DNA of 63,881 nucleotides, filler included, from Collodictyon triciliatum (taxonomy: Eukaryota): the NCBI GenBank assembly GCA_043381765.1. It is 15 parts of 15 records of this genome, joined end to end, with 100 filler letters (N's around TTAATTAATTAA, not from the genome) between each part and the next. Parts side by side here need not be neighbours in the genome. Positions count along the whole stretch, not along the records: positions 22,282 to 26,635 come from JBHJMP010006203.1; positions 26,736 to 31,088 come from JBHJMP010006204.1; positions 31,189 to 35,537 come from JBHJMP010006206.1; positions 35,638 to 39,985 come from JBHJMP010006207.1; 11 more parts are not named here. One strand, written 5' to 3'. Positions within the stretch are counted from its first letter, which is position 1. Each line of letters begins with the position of its first letter. The notes beneath the pieces were generated by a model that was not told where the DNA came from, did not search any database, and saw only the letters and a list, made by a program, of their open reading frames with translations. Shown one piece after another: positions 22,447 through 35,766 of this stretch. The translations under genes were made by a program, and so were the position numbers.

Positions 22447-23699
22447 CTTTTTTTTTATTCTCTTTTTTTTTTTTATTTACTTTTTTTTATTCACTTTTTT
22501 TATTGACTTTTTGTGTGGCTATTTTATTGACTTTTGAGCGGCTTTCTCCAGTTGGTGCTAGTGGGGACAAGAAAGGAAAAAATGAAAGGAGAAAAAAATG
22601 TGGGAAATTTCTTTTTTTGAAAACGAGTATAGAAAGTTCATAGAAACAGTTGGCAATAGGGAGCAAATGTATGGAAATTGCCAGCGCGTTGGGGTAATGA
22701 GGAGGCAAGCGAGCGAAAATGAACTGTGTTAATTTATTAAACTATTAACAAATGAGCTATTGAAACAAAGCTAATTCCTCGGTGTTTGAAAGTAAACTAT
22801 GTCCACGGGAAATATAATAAAATATATTCCACAACAGAAACATTGTTTGTGCATAATTGGAATACATTTCTGGAACAATATTTCGATATTTTTAATTGAA
22901 CATTTCTTATTTTGAACACATTGAATGAACCTAGGCAGAAAGCATACCAAAATGAAGCTATATCGGCACCATGCAATATTCAGTGAAATCAGACCAAAGC
23001 ATCAAATCTTTTTTGAAAATCGCCGTCGCCTTCATCGAACCGAACCAACAATCAACCTCGCTGTCCCACCGCGCATCGCGTCGGAATCGCACGGACGGCA
23101 AACGTAATCCACATCCGAGAGAGACTCGCGAATCGCAAGGCAAACGTTGTGCGGCAGCGCCGGTTCTACTTGAACCCTGACGGACTTGCTCGTGGGGGAA
23201 ATGACGAAGTCGCAAAGAGAGCGAGCAGGCTGTGTCGCGCTTGCCGCTTGCTTACGATCGACTTTCTTCTTTCTTTCTTTTTTTTCTTTTTATTATTTGG
23301 TATTATTTTTTTCTTTTGATGTTTCCTTTTTTTTATTTCACTATTATAAGCTGTATTCTTTTCTTATTATTTGTCGTTCTGTTTTTGTTTTTGTTTTTTC
23401 CCCCTCCTTTTTGTTCTATTTGGGTCCTGGAGGAGGACTCTGAGTTTCATGAATCAACTCTCAAACCTTTTCGTGACTGATCAAGCTCTTCTCTAATTTT
23501 TTATCAAGACAATTTTCCCTTTAATCTCCCCCGAAGCAGGATTTCTTTTCTCTTTATTTTCTTTCACCCCCACAAAGATCTGTAGTGTATCCTTTTCCAA
23601 TAGAGAAAAAAAAAGACAGAAAACAAACAGAAAACAAAAGCGTCAGCGATCATATGTGTCGTCAATTCCGAAGGGTCTTTCAAATAGCAGATATTGATA

Positions 23700-25183
23700 A
23701 TGTATGATAACAGGCTTTCAGACCAAGGCAGACTTTCAAGGATGAACCCGGGAGACGAACTGCACTCAGCAGAAGGCAAGCACGAGGCCACTGGGGCAGA
23801 AGACGGAAGCCAGCGTTTCATGGGCCAGAAAGAGCGCCGCCGATCGTCTGCGAGTAAGATCACTTTCTATGGCGACTACGCAAACATGCAGAACAACGCG
23901 GCAGTGATGAAAGCGTTAGCAAAGAACGGTTTGTTTTGCCCCTTTCATGCTACTTTCACGAATGTGCTGCTATTCATTTAATTATGCATTTATTACTCTA
24001 TAATTAAGAAGCAACCCATCATTTCGACTGTTTAATATCTATCAACCTTTAAAATGGAGACAGTGACTGAGCAAGCCGCAGATATATATTATAGTCGCTT
24101 TTAATGACGTTATGCTGCTGTAATGTTATTATTTTTCACCTGTGTGTTTCTCTTTTCATTACTCAGGTGATAAGAATGTCGTATTCTCCGATATTGTGAT
24201 CAAAGTCAACAAGAGAAACAAGATGCAGGAGCGCATTCTGCTTATCACCGAAAACAATGTGTACAACATCGATCCAAGCAACTTCAAATTCAAAAGAGCC
24301 ATCAAGCTTTGTATGACACATATATGATCTTATTTTTTTTTATCTTTCCTCTGTCGCTTTATGTCTTATTTCCTGAATAATTCAACCATATTGTATCAAC
24401 TATATTGCTTCGGTTATTCTTTCGTGTTCTACTTTTTGGAAAAAAAAATCTTGAAAAATTAAATCACAGCCTAACCGCTTGCGCAATTCTTAAAAATCAA
24501 ATTTGAACCATTAACACTGTCTTATATTCAATATGAACTATTTATCAGTACCATCAGTATAGTGACATTCCATAAATAACATAACTAACAAGTATTTGTC
24601 TCTTTTTTTTTTCTCCCTCACTCCTTGCATCATTTTGAATCGCAAACGCAGCTGAGCTGCAAGGTGTCAGTCTCAGCTTGCTTCCCGACAACTTCTTTGC
24701 CCTGCATGTGCCATCGGAATACGATTATCTGATGGTCAGCAGCAAAAAGACTGAAATCGTCACCCGTCTTCGCGAAACATTCAAGACATTGGTTGGTTCA
24801 GATTTGCGGGTCAACTTCTCCAACTGGTTCGTAGATTTAATCTAGAATACTTTATTTTATGCTTGTTTGCTTCATTCTTCTGTTCTCTTTAATTTACAAT
24901 TTTTTTTCCTGTTTTAAAATCTACGCCTACAATTTATAGTTTTGAATACCGCATCGACGACGACACCATCAAGGAGATTACCTTCACTCGCGTGGATGGT
25001 ACGTTTTCATGAATCATACCGATACAATGCCACACCAATCTGTATATGTCACTCTTTGTACAGTTTATCCACTTATCTGACGGATTTCTTCTCTTCCTCT
25101 GTGGCCCCTCTAACTTTCTTTTTACCACCTGCTCAGGCGGAGTTAGCACGCAAATCAGTAACAAACCAAAGCCCAAGAAGTAA
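23700..25183 (+). CDS. Stand-alone myosin-I tail homology 1 (TH1) domain protein
   Basis: Exons 23700-23928, 24167-24310, 24652-24826, 24940-24998 and 25137-25183 splice in frame. They read KERRRSS..FYGDY..GDKNVVFSDIVIKVNKRNKMQERILLITENNVYNID..KRAIKLSELQGVSLSLLPDNFFALHVPSEYDYLMVSSKKTEIV..VNFSNCFEY. Confidence 0.9.
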
Positions 25184-25613
25184 GATCGCCTCATATTTTC
25201 CCCGACTCATCACTCACCACGCGATCGCATCACGCCACCACACTATCAACCACACACATACATCTTCAATCTCGATTCACTCTGGCACAAACACTATGGA
25301 ACCCAAGTCCAATCCATGCTTATGTCCAATACGCCCACTTTTTCTTTTGTCATGGCTGTTTCTCCTTATGTCTTTTTTTTTCTTTTTCTTCTTTTTCATC
25401 TTTATTCAATCACCTTCTTTCGCGATTGTCTCTTATCGGTTGTGCGAGAAGCATAGTCACCCCTTTGATTCCACCACCACACCATAAACAAAAAAAAAAT
25501 GAGAGAAAAACTATTTTACTATTGTTATTATTTTTTTTTAAGAAAAAAAAATGTTGTGGTTATTCATCACACAGCGTATGCTGGACGCAAACTATCACCC
25601 GTCTCTGCCGCAC

Positions 25614-26354
25614 TCACGAGTCCTTCGAGTAAACACCCTTTGGCGCGCCCGGATGGTGTGGAGAAAGCTGCGGCTGAACCTGCAGCGGAAAAACAGGCGC
25701 CTGATGAAGCGGGTGATGAAGATCGTGCGCGTGTGTGTTGATTGGGGGGAGTGATATGGGCGGTGGAATCGGGAAGGCCTGACTGGAGGCCATATCGCGG
25801 AGGGCGTTTGCGGCTTCGGATGCCATATCGTGGGTTGTCTGTGCGTCGTTGGGCTTGTGATGATGTTGGTGATGTTGGTGATGTTGATGATGTTGATGAT
25901 GTTGGTGATGTTGATGATGTTGGGGAGATGCTCGTGCTTGGATTTGGGGTATTGATTGGATGCTGTTGATACTTTGTTCGGTTTGCGACTGTATTGGTGT
26001 ATGAGTTTGCGTTTGCGGTAGAGTGGGTGTTTGGGTTTGTGTCTGTGTTTGCGTCTGTGTTTGCGTTTGAAGCGGCGGTTGATCGTAGAGCTGCCTGATT
26101 TGATTCTTTGCCTGGGCGCGCAGTTCCTTTGGGATGAGATCGTCCATCAGGCGGCGCATTTTGTTGAAGGCGTGCATCAGCTCTGCTTCTTGCTCTTTGG
26201 TCAGCGGCTCTGTTGTTGCCTGGTTGGAGAGGCGGCGGATGTTTTCGCAGAGATCCTCGAGCTGCGAAGCGTATTTGCGGGTGATTGAGTGTGATTGATT
26301 GTGATGGAGTGTGATGGAGTGAGGACGAGGATTTACTTGTCGGACGCTGGCCAT
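25614..26354 (-). CDS. Hypothetical protein with helical N-terminus and Q/T- and H/Q-rich low-complexity tracts
   Basis: 246-aa ORF with coding-like composition. Probable short intron after MASVRQ (GTAAAT...TCGCAG). No recognisable family. Confidence 0.5.
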   Translation of the reverse strand: MASVRQVNPRPHSITLHHNQSHSITRKYASQLEDLCENIRRLSNQATTEPLTKEQEAELMHAFNKMRRLMDDLIPKELRAQAKNQIRQLYDQPPLQTQTQTQTQTQTQTPTLPQTQTHTPIQSQTEQSINSIQSIPQIQARASPQHHQHHQHHQHHQHHQHHQHHHKPNDAQTTHDMASEAANALRDMASSQAFPIPPPISLPPINTHAHDLHHPLHQAPVFPLQVQPQLSPHHPGAPKGVYSKDS

Positions 26355-26538
26355 GGCTTCGGCTTGTGCTCTGCGGGTGATCTGCTCTGGGTTCTCTCGC
26401 GGTGGCCTTCTTGGCGATCTATTTGGTTTGGTTTTGGGGTATTCTTATTAGTGCGTCATTTGCTGATTTATGCTTTGTGTGCATTCACATTTTACTGTTT
26501 TCTTTAGTCAGGCGTGATTCTTTGTTTTTTGTTTTTTT

Positions 26539-26635
<97 letters not shown>

Positions 26636-29600
26636 NNNNNNNNNNNNNNNNNNNNNNNNNNNNNNNNNNNNNNNNNNNNTTAATTAATTAANNNNNNNNN
26701 NNNNNNNNNNNNNNNNNNNNNNNNNNNNNNNNNNNTCAAGAAGGAGGCGAGCGCATCTGTGAGCGTGCGGGCCTTGTTCTTGTTGTAAACGACTTGCTCG
26801 ACCGCATGCAAAAAATACTGTCCGCTCAGATAGACTTGCAGGCGGCTTCCTTGCACGGGTCATCCTGGACTTACGTGCAACTCGGGGGTTTTCCACACCA
26901 GCGTTGGAACCAGAAGAACTGGATGTAACTTGCAAAAGCTTCGATGAGTCGCGACAAACGCCAATCTCCCCTTCTCGGCTTGCTTTTAATATGAAAATTA
27001 TCTTCACAATAGTTTTCTACAGATTAAAAGTAAATTTATGGATGCAATATTAATTACAGAAGTATTAATGTGATAAATTTTCGGAATATACAATTTATAA
27101 TCAGATTAAATCTCATTTTTGTTATATGTTTAATAAAAAAAGAGAATTAAAATTTAAAATATTGAATTGAGAAAACTTTTCACAATATATCCAAGTTGCT
27201 GCCCTGTAAAAGTTTTATGAATAACAAAAAATTTATAATCTTAAAAAAATAGAAATGGAATGTAACAATTGTATAGACTATGTATTTATTTGTGGAAATA
27301 TGAGCTGTTTTAATGAAACTAATATAAGTATATAATCTTAGAAAAGGTTAGTTTCTACGCAATTAATTTAGATAATAAAACTATTGAAATTAAAATATTG
27401 ATAAAGGCTTTTTGAGCGAAGAATTCATGTATTTATTTCTGCACAATAAAATAAAAATATCATATTCTTAATAAAGAATAAAACAAGAACTGTCTATTAT
27501 GTGCATAAAGAGTTTAAATCTAAGGCTGACATCATTAAGACATTTCAAAGAATAAGAAACCGACATCTTTCAGCAATTTTACATTAAGAAATATAAAGGC
27601 TCATCTGTACCATTCTGTGTAATGAGTGGATAGGTTACAAAAGAAATTAAAATTCAATCCAAAAAACCTAGATGTTGTAATATATCAGCCATATAATCTC
27701 CTGCATTCATCAACCTATGAATATTTTTCCAAGCAGGAGATTCTGATTTATGCGTTAAGTACCTATATTCTGACTTATTTACTAATATTTTCTATGAATT
27801 AATATTTCATATAATTTTTAAAATGAGAAACATTAATTGTGATTATTTATGATTAAATTAGACAGGATTGAAATTTTTTGATAAAAATAAATAAATGTTA
27901 AAACTTACCAAGTAATAAATCTTGAAAAATAATTATTTGAAGCTACAGCTAAAATCGTGATTTGGATTGCACGCAAGTTTCATAAAATAATATATGAATA
28001 TGTATGCATCACCTAAGTTACCTTTTAAAATAAGTAAAGTTAAATTTTGGATCAAACAAATGAAATATACCTAGTTCATCGGACAAAAAATTCTGGAAAT
28101 TTATTTTTCAATACTAATACTTCGCAATCAGTGACTTTCATCCAGAAAATTTTTGAGGAAGAAAAATAGGTCGCGCTGTGAATAGTCGATGTTTAATATA
28201 TTTTTTTTTGCTTTTCAAATAAAAAATTTTTTACAATAAGTAATGGAATATATGGAAAATATATGAAAGATCTTTGAGAGCCTTACTTAATCAATTTAAA
28301 CCATATTTCTAACCTTTAGTGATTAGATCGAATAAATACAAAAATTGGGATTAAATAATGAACATATAATTGATTACTTCTGAAATAACTGCAGGAAATT
28401 AAAACTCTAAACCCAAAGATATTTGTTTAGGTAACAAAGAAAGAACAGACGCATGTTATAACGATTTTCATCATGTTTAGGAGCTAAGAAAAATTACAGT
28501 GATAGCGGTATAGTCACCGGCTTAAAATCAAACTACTGGAGTTAGCAAACTTAGGAGAAAATTTTCCTATGCCGTTACTTTTGTCGTGTATTTTTATGAA
28601 TTTTGGCACGCAACAGGGTATTTTTCAATAAAATTTCGATATTTTGTATTCTTTCTTTGAATTTTGCTTCTATTCGCGGTAAAAACTGTCAACAGAAGTG
28701 ATAGACGAATTTTAGATTTTGAAATTTTCTAAACCCATTATTTAACAAAATTTCCTTGATGAATCTTTACTTCTGTAAAAATATTGAGAATTTTCTTTTT
28801 TAATCTTAACAAATATTCACTCTTGAATATTTATTGTGGACATAATAAACTGATCGTTTTTAATATGAAATTCTTATTATTATACATTTAAACCATTTAA
28901 ATGGTAAAAATGTCGAAAGAAAGGAAAAATGTTCAACAAAGAAAAGAATTAAGAAACTCAAAAATACTTATTAAAACCTAATAGAATGGTGTAATAAAAG
29001 ATCCTATGATCATTTATCAATTTTTATTTCATAATTAAAATTAATATTCTATAGTATATCTCCGTGGCCGATTACTTAATAGATTATTTCATGAAAGGAA
29101 AAGCAAATTTATTTATTTAAATATTTCATAATTCAAGAATTTTTCTGGTTAATATATTGGTTTTTTTAATTTTTTGAAAAAAAACGAAGTCGTAAATATA
29201 GATTCTTTCATCAGCTTTTATACTTACATATATTGTGTATGGTGTAAAACATTCAAATATGATTTTATAATTTATTACTATTAAAATCTTAAAATTTTTT
29301 ATTTTAATAATTTTTTTCTTTCTTAGGTCTGTCTTGGTAATTTTTTTAGTATGAGACTAAATAACAAACAAACCTTGAGAAAATAAATATTTACAAAAAA
29401 ATCACAAGATCCTATGTACATAAAAGAATTTTATATAATTAAACAGGATCTCGCAGACAGCATTTAACCCTCAAGTGCCCACATTTCCATACATATTAAT
29501 TCCACGATTGTTCCGAATAACCATACGAATTTTTCTAAGTTCTTTGAATCTTTTTGTCTTGGAAAAATGCATATATAAAACAATTTTGAAGCGTGATTGT

Positions 29601-29857
29601 CTGTCGTTGAGCAAATAATTTACATAAGGACTGTTCCTTTTTGCACAGATATCAAAATCGTGCAAAGCAAAGTCCCTATCATTGAAGGCCAAGTTAAAAA
29701 TGAAACTACCAAAGACCCTTGAAACTTAAAAAAATGATGATTTCTCTTATGGCGCACTAGACAACCTAAGAATATGAATTAACCAATCAAGAAGCGAGAA
29801 TCTTTTAATTAAGGAATAATTAAATATGTAATAATTAGATAAAATTCAATACTTTGG

Positions 29858-30361
29858 ATGGAGAAAGTCGCATGTCCACATTGCTCGAAGAAGCTGTCCT
29901 CAAAACGCAATCGCCGGCTTCATTTAAATATCTGCAAGCACAATCCTCAGCGCCACCGGATCGCTTTTCATTGTCCTACTTGCCCAGCCTGGCGCGGCTA
30001 TTCTGAGCAAGCCAGGACGGAACACTTCAAGTCCAAAATGCATCGTGCTCATTCTACCAGTAACACATGCTTAGACACTAATACGTGTGCAAGCATGAGC
30101 ACTAGCATGAGCTCTGGTACCCTTCCATTATCAGTACCTGTAACTCGAAAAACTTCTGCCAAAGCGACAGTTGAGTATGTTCCTCGCCCGTTTAATTACC
30201 TAGAAACAGTTCTTGCTCCCCCCTTATCTTCGGACGAAGAAGACTTTTGTGCTAGAATGAAACCTATTCGCACGCAAAATACAGTCAATTCAAATACTGC
30301 CGCATTATTGTTACTCACTTTATGCAAGCCATCTAAACCTCCAAAAACCGTTCTTTCTTAA
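29858..30361 (+). CDS. Small intronless zinc-finger protein (C2HC + C2H2 type)
   Basis: CPHCSKKLSSKRNRRLHLNIC and FHCPTCPAWRGYSEQARTEHFKSKMH. The ORF is GC-richer than its very AT-rich flanks. Confidence 0.75.
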   Translation: MEKVACPHCSKKLSSKRNRRLHLNICKHNPQRHRIAFHCPTCPAWRGYSEQARTEHFKSKMHRAHSTSNTCLDTNTCASMSTSMSSGTLPLSVPVTRKTSAKATVEYVPRPFNYLETVLAPPLSSDEEDFCARMKPIRTQNTVNSNTAALLLLTLCKPSKPPKTVLS

Positions 30362-30904
30362 TCTTTTGTGTGTTAACAATGCGAACACAATGAAAAAGTA
30401 GCATTATTATCTCTAAAATTCCTCTTATTCGACGATCTCGGCAAAACAATAGGAATAAAAAAGAATTGAATATTTACTTAGATTCTTTCCTACCAATCAT
30501 TTTAAATAATTTATTATTCTATTATTTCATTTTCTTGATACTCAGTTTTTGTTCTCGCTGGTTAATTCTCCTTATTTCCCAATAAATTTCACAATATCTT
30601 AAGTGATTGTGATTTTGAAAGGCTTGGTCAATATTAATGGTTATGAGCAAAGTATCAGTAGTATTACATTTCATAAATGCATCAATCAATTTTAAGAAAT
30701 AATACAAGATATTGAAATTTATTCGATTTGTTTATTATAGGAAAATAATAAATTACGAAAACAAGCTACTTGGCATATATGATTATGGCTATCTTATCAA
30801 TGAAAGCTTTTTCCATGGTAAGAATTTTATAAAACGTTGTGCATTCAACATGGAGAGTTTGAATGAATTTTACGTTTTAACCAGCATGCCTATTATCAAT
30901 TACA

Positions 30905-31088
30905 TTTATTATTATTATTACTATTACTATTACTATTACTATTACTATTACTATTACTATTACTATCACTATTACTATTACTATTACTATTACTATTACT
31001 ATTACTATTACTATTACTATTACTATTACTATTACTATTACTATTACTATTACTATTACTATTACTATTACTATTACTATTACTATTA
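30905..31088. repeat. (TATTAC)n microsatellite
   Basis: Read directly from the sequence. Confidence 0.97.
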
Positions 31089-31393
31089 NNNNNNNNNNNN
31101 NNNNNNNNNNNNNNNNNNNNNNNNNNNNNNNNTTAATTAATTAANNNNNNNNNNNNNNNNNNNNNNNNNNNNNNNNNNNNNNNNNNNNTAATTTTTTTTA
31201 TATTATTTTTTTTATTTTTTTTTTTTTTTTTCCTTTCCCTCCACACATTCCTATATCTTCAACGCTGAAAAGTTTACTAATTGGCGCTATACCTTCTTGT
31301 TCTTGTTCTTGTTCTTGTTCTTTTCCTTGTACTTGGTCTTTTCTTTTTCTGAAACAAAATATATGCGACAACGATGAAGGTGCGGACTTGCAG

Positions 31394-32669
31394 ATTCAAA
31401 GCCGGTTTAAAGCGATAGAGGCCAGCCTGACTAAAGTGTTGGACGAACTAGTCACAAAGGTGAATGTTATCACAGCACTGTTTTTATGTCATAAGACCCT
31501 CCTACATTGCTGGAAACTTGCATCACCCTTTCCTCTAAAGAATTGTTTAATGATAGGTGCGTGTTATAAGGTCATCATCACTAAAGGAATTAAGCACGAA
31601 GGAACAAAGCTGTATCCTCCAGCAAAGACTGCTTTCCTCAGTTTTTTCGTCTAGGAATACCAAATCCACATCTTACCAATCGAAAAGCGCACTCCAAAAG
31701 ATTAAGGGAGCTCATTTACTCGAAAAAATAGCTCCGATGGATGTTACAAACCAAATCGATGTTATTCAATTCCTTGCACCAGCGATTTTCTCCACTGAAG
31801 ATGCAGACTTTGTGATTAAAACATATGTTTTTGTAGGATTTTATGTCATCCCGGAACCTGATATACTTCCAAACAAGATTGCGATGAGCAGTGTTGCAAT
31901 GCCGAGTAATCTACGCCTCTCTAATCCCCATGCTTTGTCGGTCGATAGAAAGTCAGGAGACCTCTACCTTGCTGATCAATCCAACCATCGAGTCTTGGTC
32001 TTGTCACCATCTCTCATTTTGAAGAACGCATTCATTTCAACAAGCGAGCGAACCAGGCTCTTTAGTAATACTTCTGGTGTTTCTGTTTGCCCACTGACAA
32101 GTAACTTTGTAGCGGTTGACTTTGATGTGAACTTAATCCATATTTTTCGTCAGGATGGCTCATTTATTCGGACAATCGGAGCTCCAGGTGATCAATTGGG
32201 GCAGTTTCGAGGCCCTGCAAATGCTGCATACGACCTTCATGGGAACTTTTACGTCTGCGATTCAGGAAACAATAGAGTACAAAAGTTCTCTGGTGAAGGA
32301 GTGCCTTGTCAGAAGTGGGCGGAAATGAGAGATACAAAAATTCAAAAACCTTACGGGCTCACAATCAGTAACCACAACCAAGTCCTCGTAGTTCCTCTAT
32401 TTGGCCATACTGTGCATGTTCTGAGCGATTCGGGTGTCCTTTTAAAACAAATTGGAGTGGTTGGGACAAACTACAATTCGATGTGTCGAGGGCCCAGAGG
32501 TGGTTTTCTGTTGGGCGACTACACTGGCAATAAGATACATTTCTATGACGGGTGCGGAAATAAATACCATGAGTTCAGTTATCCAGGACCGTTGGGAATG
32601 CAGTTTGGACTGAATGGTACCCTCTATGTCGTCTCTAGTACACAGGGATTTATTGCAACTTGCGAGTAA
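31394..32669 (+). CDS. Coiled-coil + NHL-repeat beta-propeller protein (TRIM-NHL-like C-terminus); 5' partial
   Basis: Exons ~31394-31459 and 31557-32669. NHL motifs LSNPHALSVD..GDLYLADQSNHRV, GQFRGPANAAYDLHGNFYVCDSGNNRVQKF and PYGLTIS. Confidence 0.85.
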
Positions 32670-32738
32670 AAGTGGGATTGGAACAGCAACAGTTGATAAT
32701 AATAATAATAATAAAAAGGAATACTTTAGTATCAATAA

Positions 32739-32795
32739 TTATTTGCATCGGAAATATTTTTTCTTTATTCGATTCAAAGTTATTTGTGTCGACAA
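32739..32795 (-). mobile_element. Older family A micro-insertion (~25 bp) with degenerate 16-bp TSD
   Basis: TTTTTTCTTTATTCGATTCAAAG lies between TTATTTGCATCGGAAA and TTATTTGTGTCGACAA (12/16 identical). Same tail as the copies at 33655 and 62436. Confidence 0.65.
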
Positions 32796-32898
32796 CATAC
32801 TTCCAATGGGAAAGAGATATATATATTCGATTTGAAAGCAAACTGATGATTTTTATTTATTTTCTTCTTGAAATGTCCAGACGGCATAAAAATCCATG

Positions 32899-32994
<96 letters not shown>

Positions 32995-33267
32995 TTTATC
33001 ATACCTCTTCCAACGATAAAAGTTAAAAAAATATTGCAAAAATATTCTCGCGCTCGTTCATTCAGGGCAAGCAGCTACTGATTGGATTTCATAATCACTC
33101 ATTAGAGTGTCATATAAGAGTCTCAAGATTACATTTTTCCTTCCGTGATTGTATATAAATGAAGAGAAGTAATAATAATTATAATTGGTTCGAGTGTATT
33201 AGCATGGTTTCAATTATACGCGCTATTTCAATTACTAAGTTGACTGTTGAACTTGACTTTTTTTTTT

Positions 33268-33510
33268 ATTCTTCTTTATTCTTCCTTTCGATTTTTGTGC
33301 AGGATGGTAAAGATGTTGGCTTTGGTTGCTAGCCATTTTTTGCATGGACGCTACTTGGTGGCCGGGTGGCGGAGAAGTAGTCGATAGTCAGGAATTGCAC
33401 CCTGCGGTTTGGCCTGTAGCCTGGGTCTTGTGCTTACATGAGAGATACAAGGCAAGGTTTAATATCTTTCTCAGCTTTTTTCCACATGTCTCTTCTCACA
33501 GGGTTTGTTA
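33268..33510 (-). mobile_element. Dispersed repeat family B, 3' end with poly(A)
   Basis: Homologous to 5250-5475 and 16315-16364. Minus strand reads NPVRRDMWKK...YRPNRRVQFLTIDYFS.../KWLATKANIFTILHK, followed by AATAAA and an A-run. Confidence 0.75.
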
Positions 33511-33639
33511 AACCGGACTCTTCCTGTCTCTTTCCCTTTAATCAAAGCCGAATTCTTGTCTTAATTGTATACTCTCAACTAACTCAAAATACAAATCGTC
33601 TCGTAATGTACTTATCTGGTAGTTCTAATGTGCATGCGC

Positions 33640-33962
33640 TGTAATCTATGGATTTTTTTTCCTTTATTAGATTCAAAGTGTAGCGAGGTTATGCCATACA
33701 AAGGGGCGGGATGGGGGCGCATGGGAGAGAGCAAACGCGAGTAGGGGAAGATACTACCGTGGAGAGGGTAGCACTGGAAAGAAGTCAGTGATAGCGAGCT
33801 GGTCAGGTGGGCGTCCCAACTGGTTGATTGGTTGCGTGGGAAGCAGGGGTTGGATATGCTGTGGGAGATATCTTACGACACATTCCCACATCTCTCTTCG
33901 CTTGCGGTCAGAGTAGCGAAGAATGCAAGCGTGTTTCAGCAGGCTGATGTAATCTATGGATT
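33640..33962 (-). mobile_element. 5'-truncated non-LTR retro-insertion, family A (293 bp), with AATAAA, poly(A) and 15-bp TSD
   Basis: TGTAATCTATGGATT at 33640-33654 and 33948-33962. The insert on the minus strand has an unbroken ORF end (SLLKHACILRYSDRKRREMWECVVRYLP...GRPPDQLAITDFFPVLPSPR*), a C-rich 3'UTR and CACTTTGAATCTAATAAAGG followed by an A-run. Confidence 0.88.
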
Positions 33963-34889
33963 GTTTGCAAACTCCCAGTATGTGTACAAATAAATATAAT
34001 GGTGTTTTTCTCTCGTACGCGAATAAAGGCGGGAATATAGCATCGAATAATGAGACATTAAGTATATACATTATTATAGTTTGCGAATCATTTACAATCA
34101 GCATGCTTGAACTATTGTTTTACAAAAAAATAATTTATATAATATATTCCACAAATAACTAAATCTTATCATTTGCACTTTGCTCCATATTTGTATCGGC
34201 TCCAAGAAAAGCCTTTCTTATTTGTTTGGAAAATCGGAGAACTACAAGAGGATATACCAATACACAAACACAGAAAGAATCACTGCCGCATTACCTACCA
34301 CGCGGACAATCGCCCCACAATAAAACAAAGCATATGATAGTGATGTAATAAATCCCTATCTGCCATTTTCTAGCTCATCCTATGCGCGGGTAGTGTAGGT
34401 GGCACATCAGTGTTAAATCACATCTTTCCAACGTTCCAAAGAATGTGCGCGCTTGCCCTGCTTCATATATTGTTGCACGTGTGGGGATACTTGGGCTCGT
34501 GCATAGCAGGCGCGTGTTATTTTGGAACGCGACATGCACCATAATTTTGCAATCCTCACACCAACCGCCAAGCAAAGTTATCTTTTTTATCCACCCAGGG
34601 AGATGTTCCTCATGGGTATATATATGCAGGCAACGCATTGGCGCCGATATTCAAGCATGATGAAAGATGTGGCATTACTTCACGGCCTTCGCTAGCGCGG
34701 CACATCAACGGGTGGTGCAGATCCTGGGGTATTGTCTCCTGTGGCAACAATCTGTGAACCAAGGGCTCGAACATAATGGATTGCTAAGCCTTTTCCTACT
34801 GCCAAGTCTCACAAGGCGCTTTCGCACAATGCAAAGCCTTTCCCTAACAACCCTCTCTCTGAACATTAGCATTCAAGATTGCATCTGCC

Positions 34890-35375
34890 ATGGCCTTTGT
34901 CGTGAAAGACCAATTTGGTCGCGACTCGTTTATACAAAATCATGATGATCTTCTGTACTTGGACCTAAGCGATATGTCGTGGGGACGCCCTCTCACAAAA
35001 CCTCCGCAACCAATACTGATACACTCAGTTGCTGTTTCATTGCTTTCTACAAACAACACTGACATCGGAGCACTTGTCGTGCCTTCAGCCACCAACGCAC
35101 ACGCAGGGGTAGGAGCTTCAAACTCCTTCATTCCACCTGTGCTCCAAGAAGGCCGCCCTAGTCTCTACGAGAAACCTGTAGAGATGCAAGGCCGTCCGTC
35201 GATAACTGGTCGCCCAAGCTTCATGATGGGTATGGATATGCCTAATGTTGATGTAGTCACAACTTGTGCAAACAAAGAGCCCTCGCTGATTTTTCAGGAG
35301 GCTCGAGTGTCCTTCGATTTGACCAAAAAATCGTCGAAGGTTTTGGAAAAGGCTGAGTTGAAGAAAGTTGAGATT
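34890..35375 (+). CDS. Partial exon of a hypothetical protein, possible kelch-like remnant
   Basis: ORF with DDLLYLDLSDMSWGRP (kelch-like) ending at a GTAAGT donor. Remainder is outside the contig. Confidence 0.4.
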
Positions 35376-35766
35376 GTAAGTTACAACACATTTTTTCATC
35401 TTGCCACAATTATTATATTAATATTCGTTGAAACCACCACACTTCAGATATTTTACAACTAACCTAAATTAAGCCTTTCTATTGAATGGGTTATTAACGT
35501 AGTAACCCCCCCCCCCCCCCCCCCCCGCGCATGCACGNNNNNNNNNNNNNNNNNNNNNNNNNNNNNNNNNNNNNNNNNNNNTTAATTAATTAANNNNNNN
35601 NNNNNNNNNNNNNNNNNNNNNNNNNNNNNNNNNNNNNTCTATCTCTCTATCTCTCTATCTCTCTATCTCTCTATCTCTCTATCTCTCTATCTCTCTATCT
35701 CTCTATCTCTCTATCTCTCTATCTCTCTATCTCTCTATCTCTGCGTGTGAATGTATTGATGTACAG

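Noticed and set aside
27010-29850. tRNA/ncRNA or organellar DNA in the AT-rich stretch; 14-bp palindrome ACCATTTAAATGGT near 28892
   Set aside because: No cloverleaf, rRNA motif or organellar ORF found; short palindromes are expected at this AT content.
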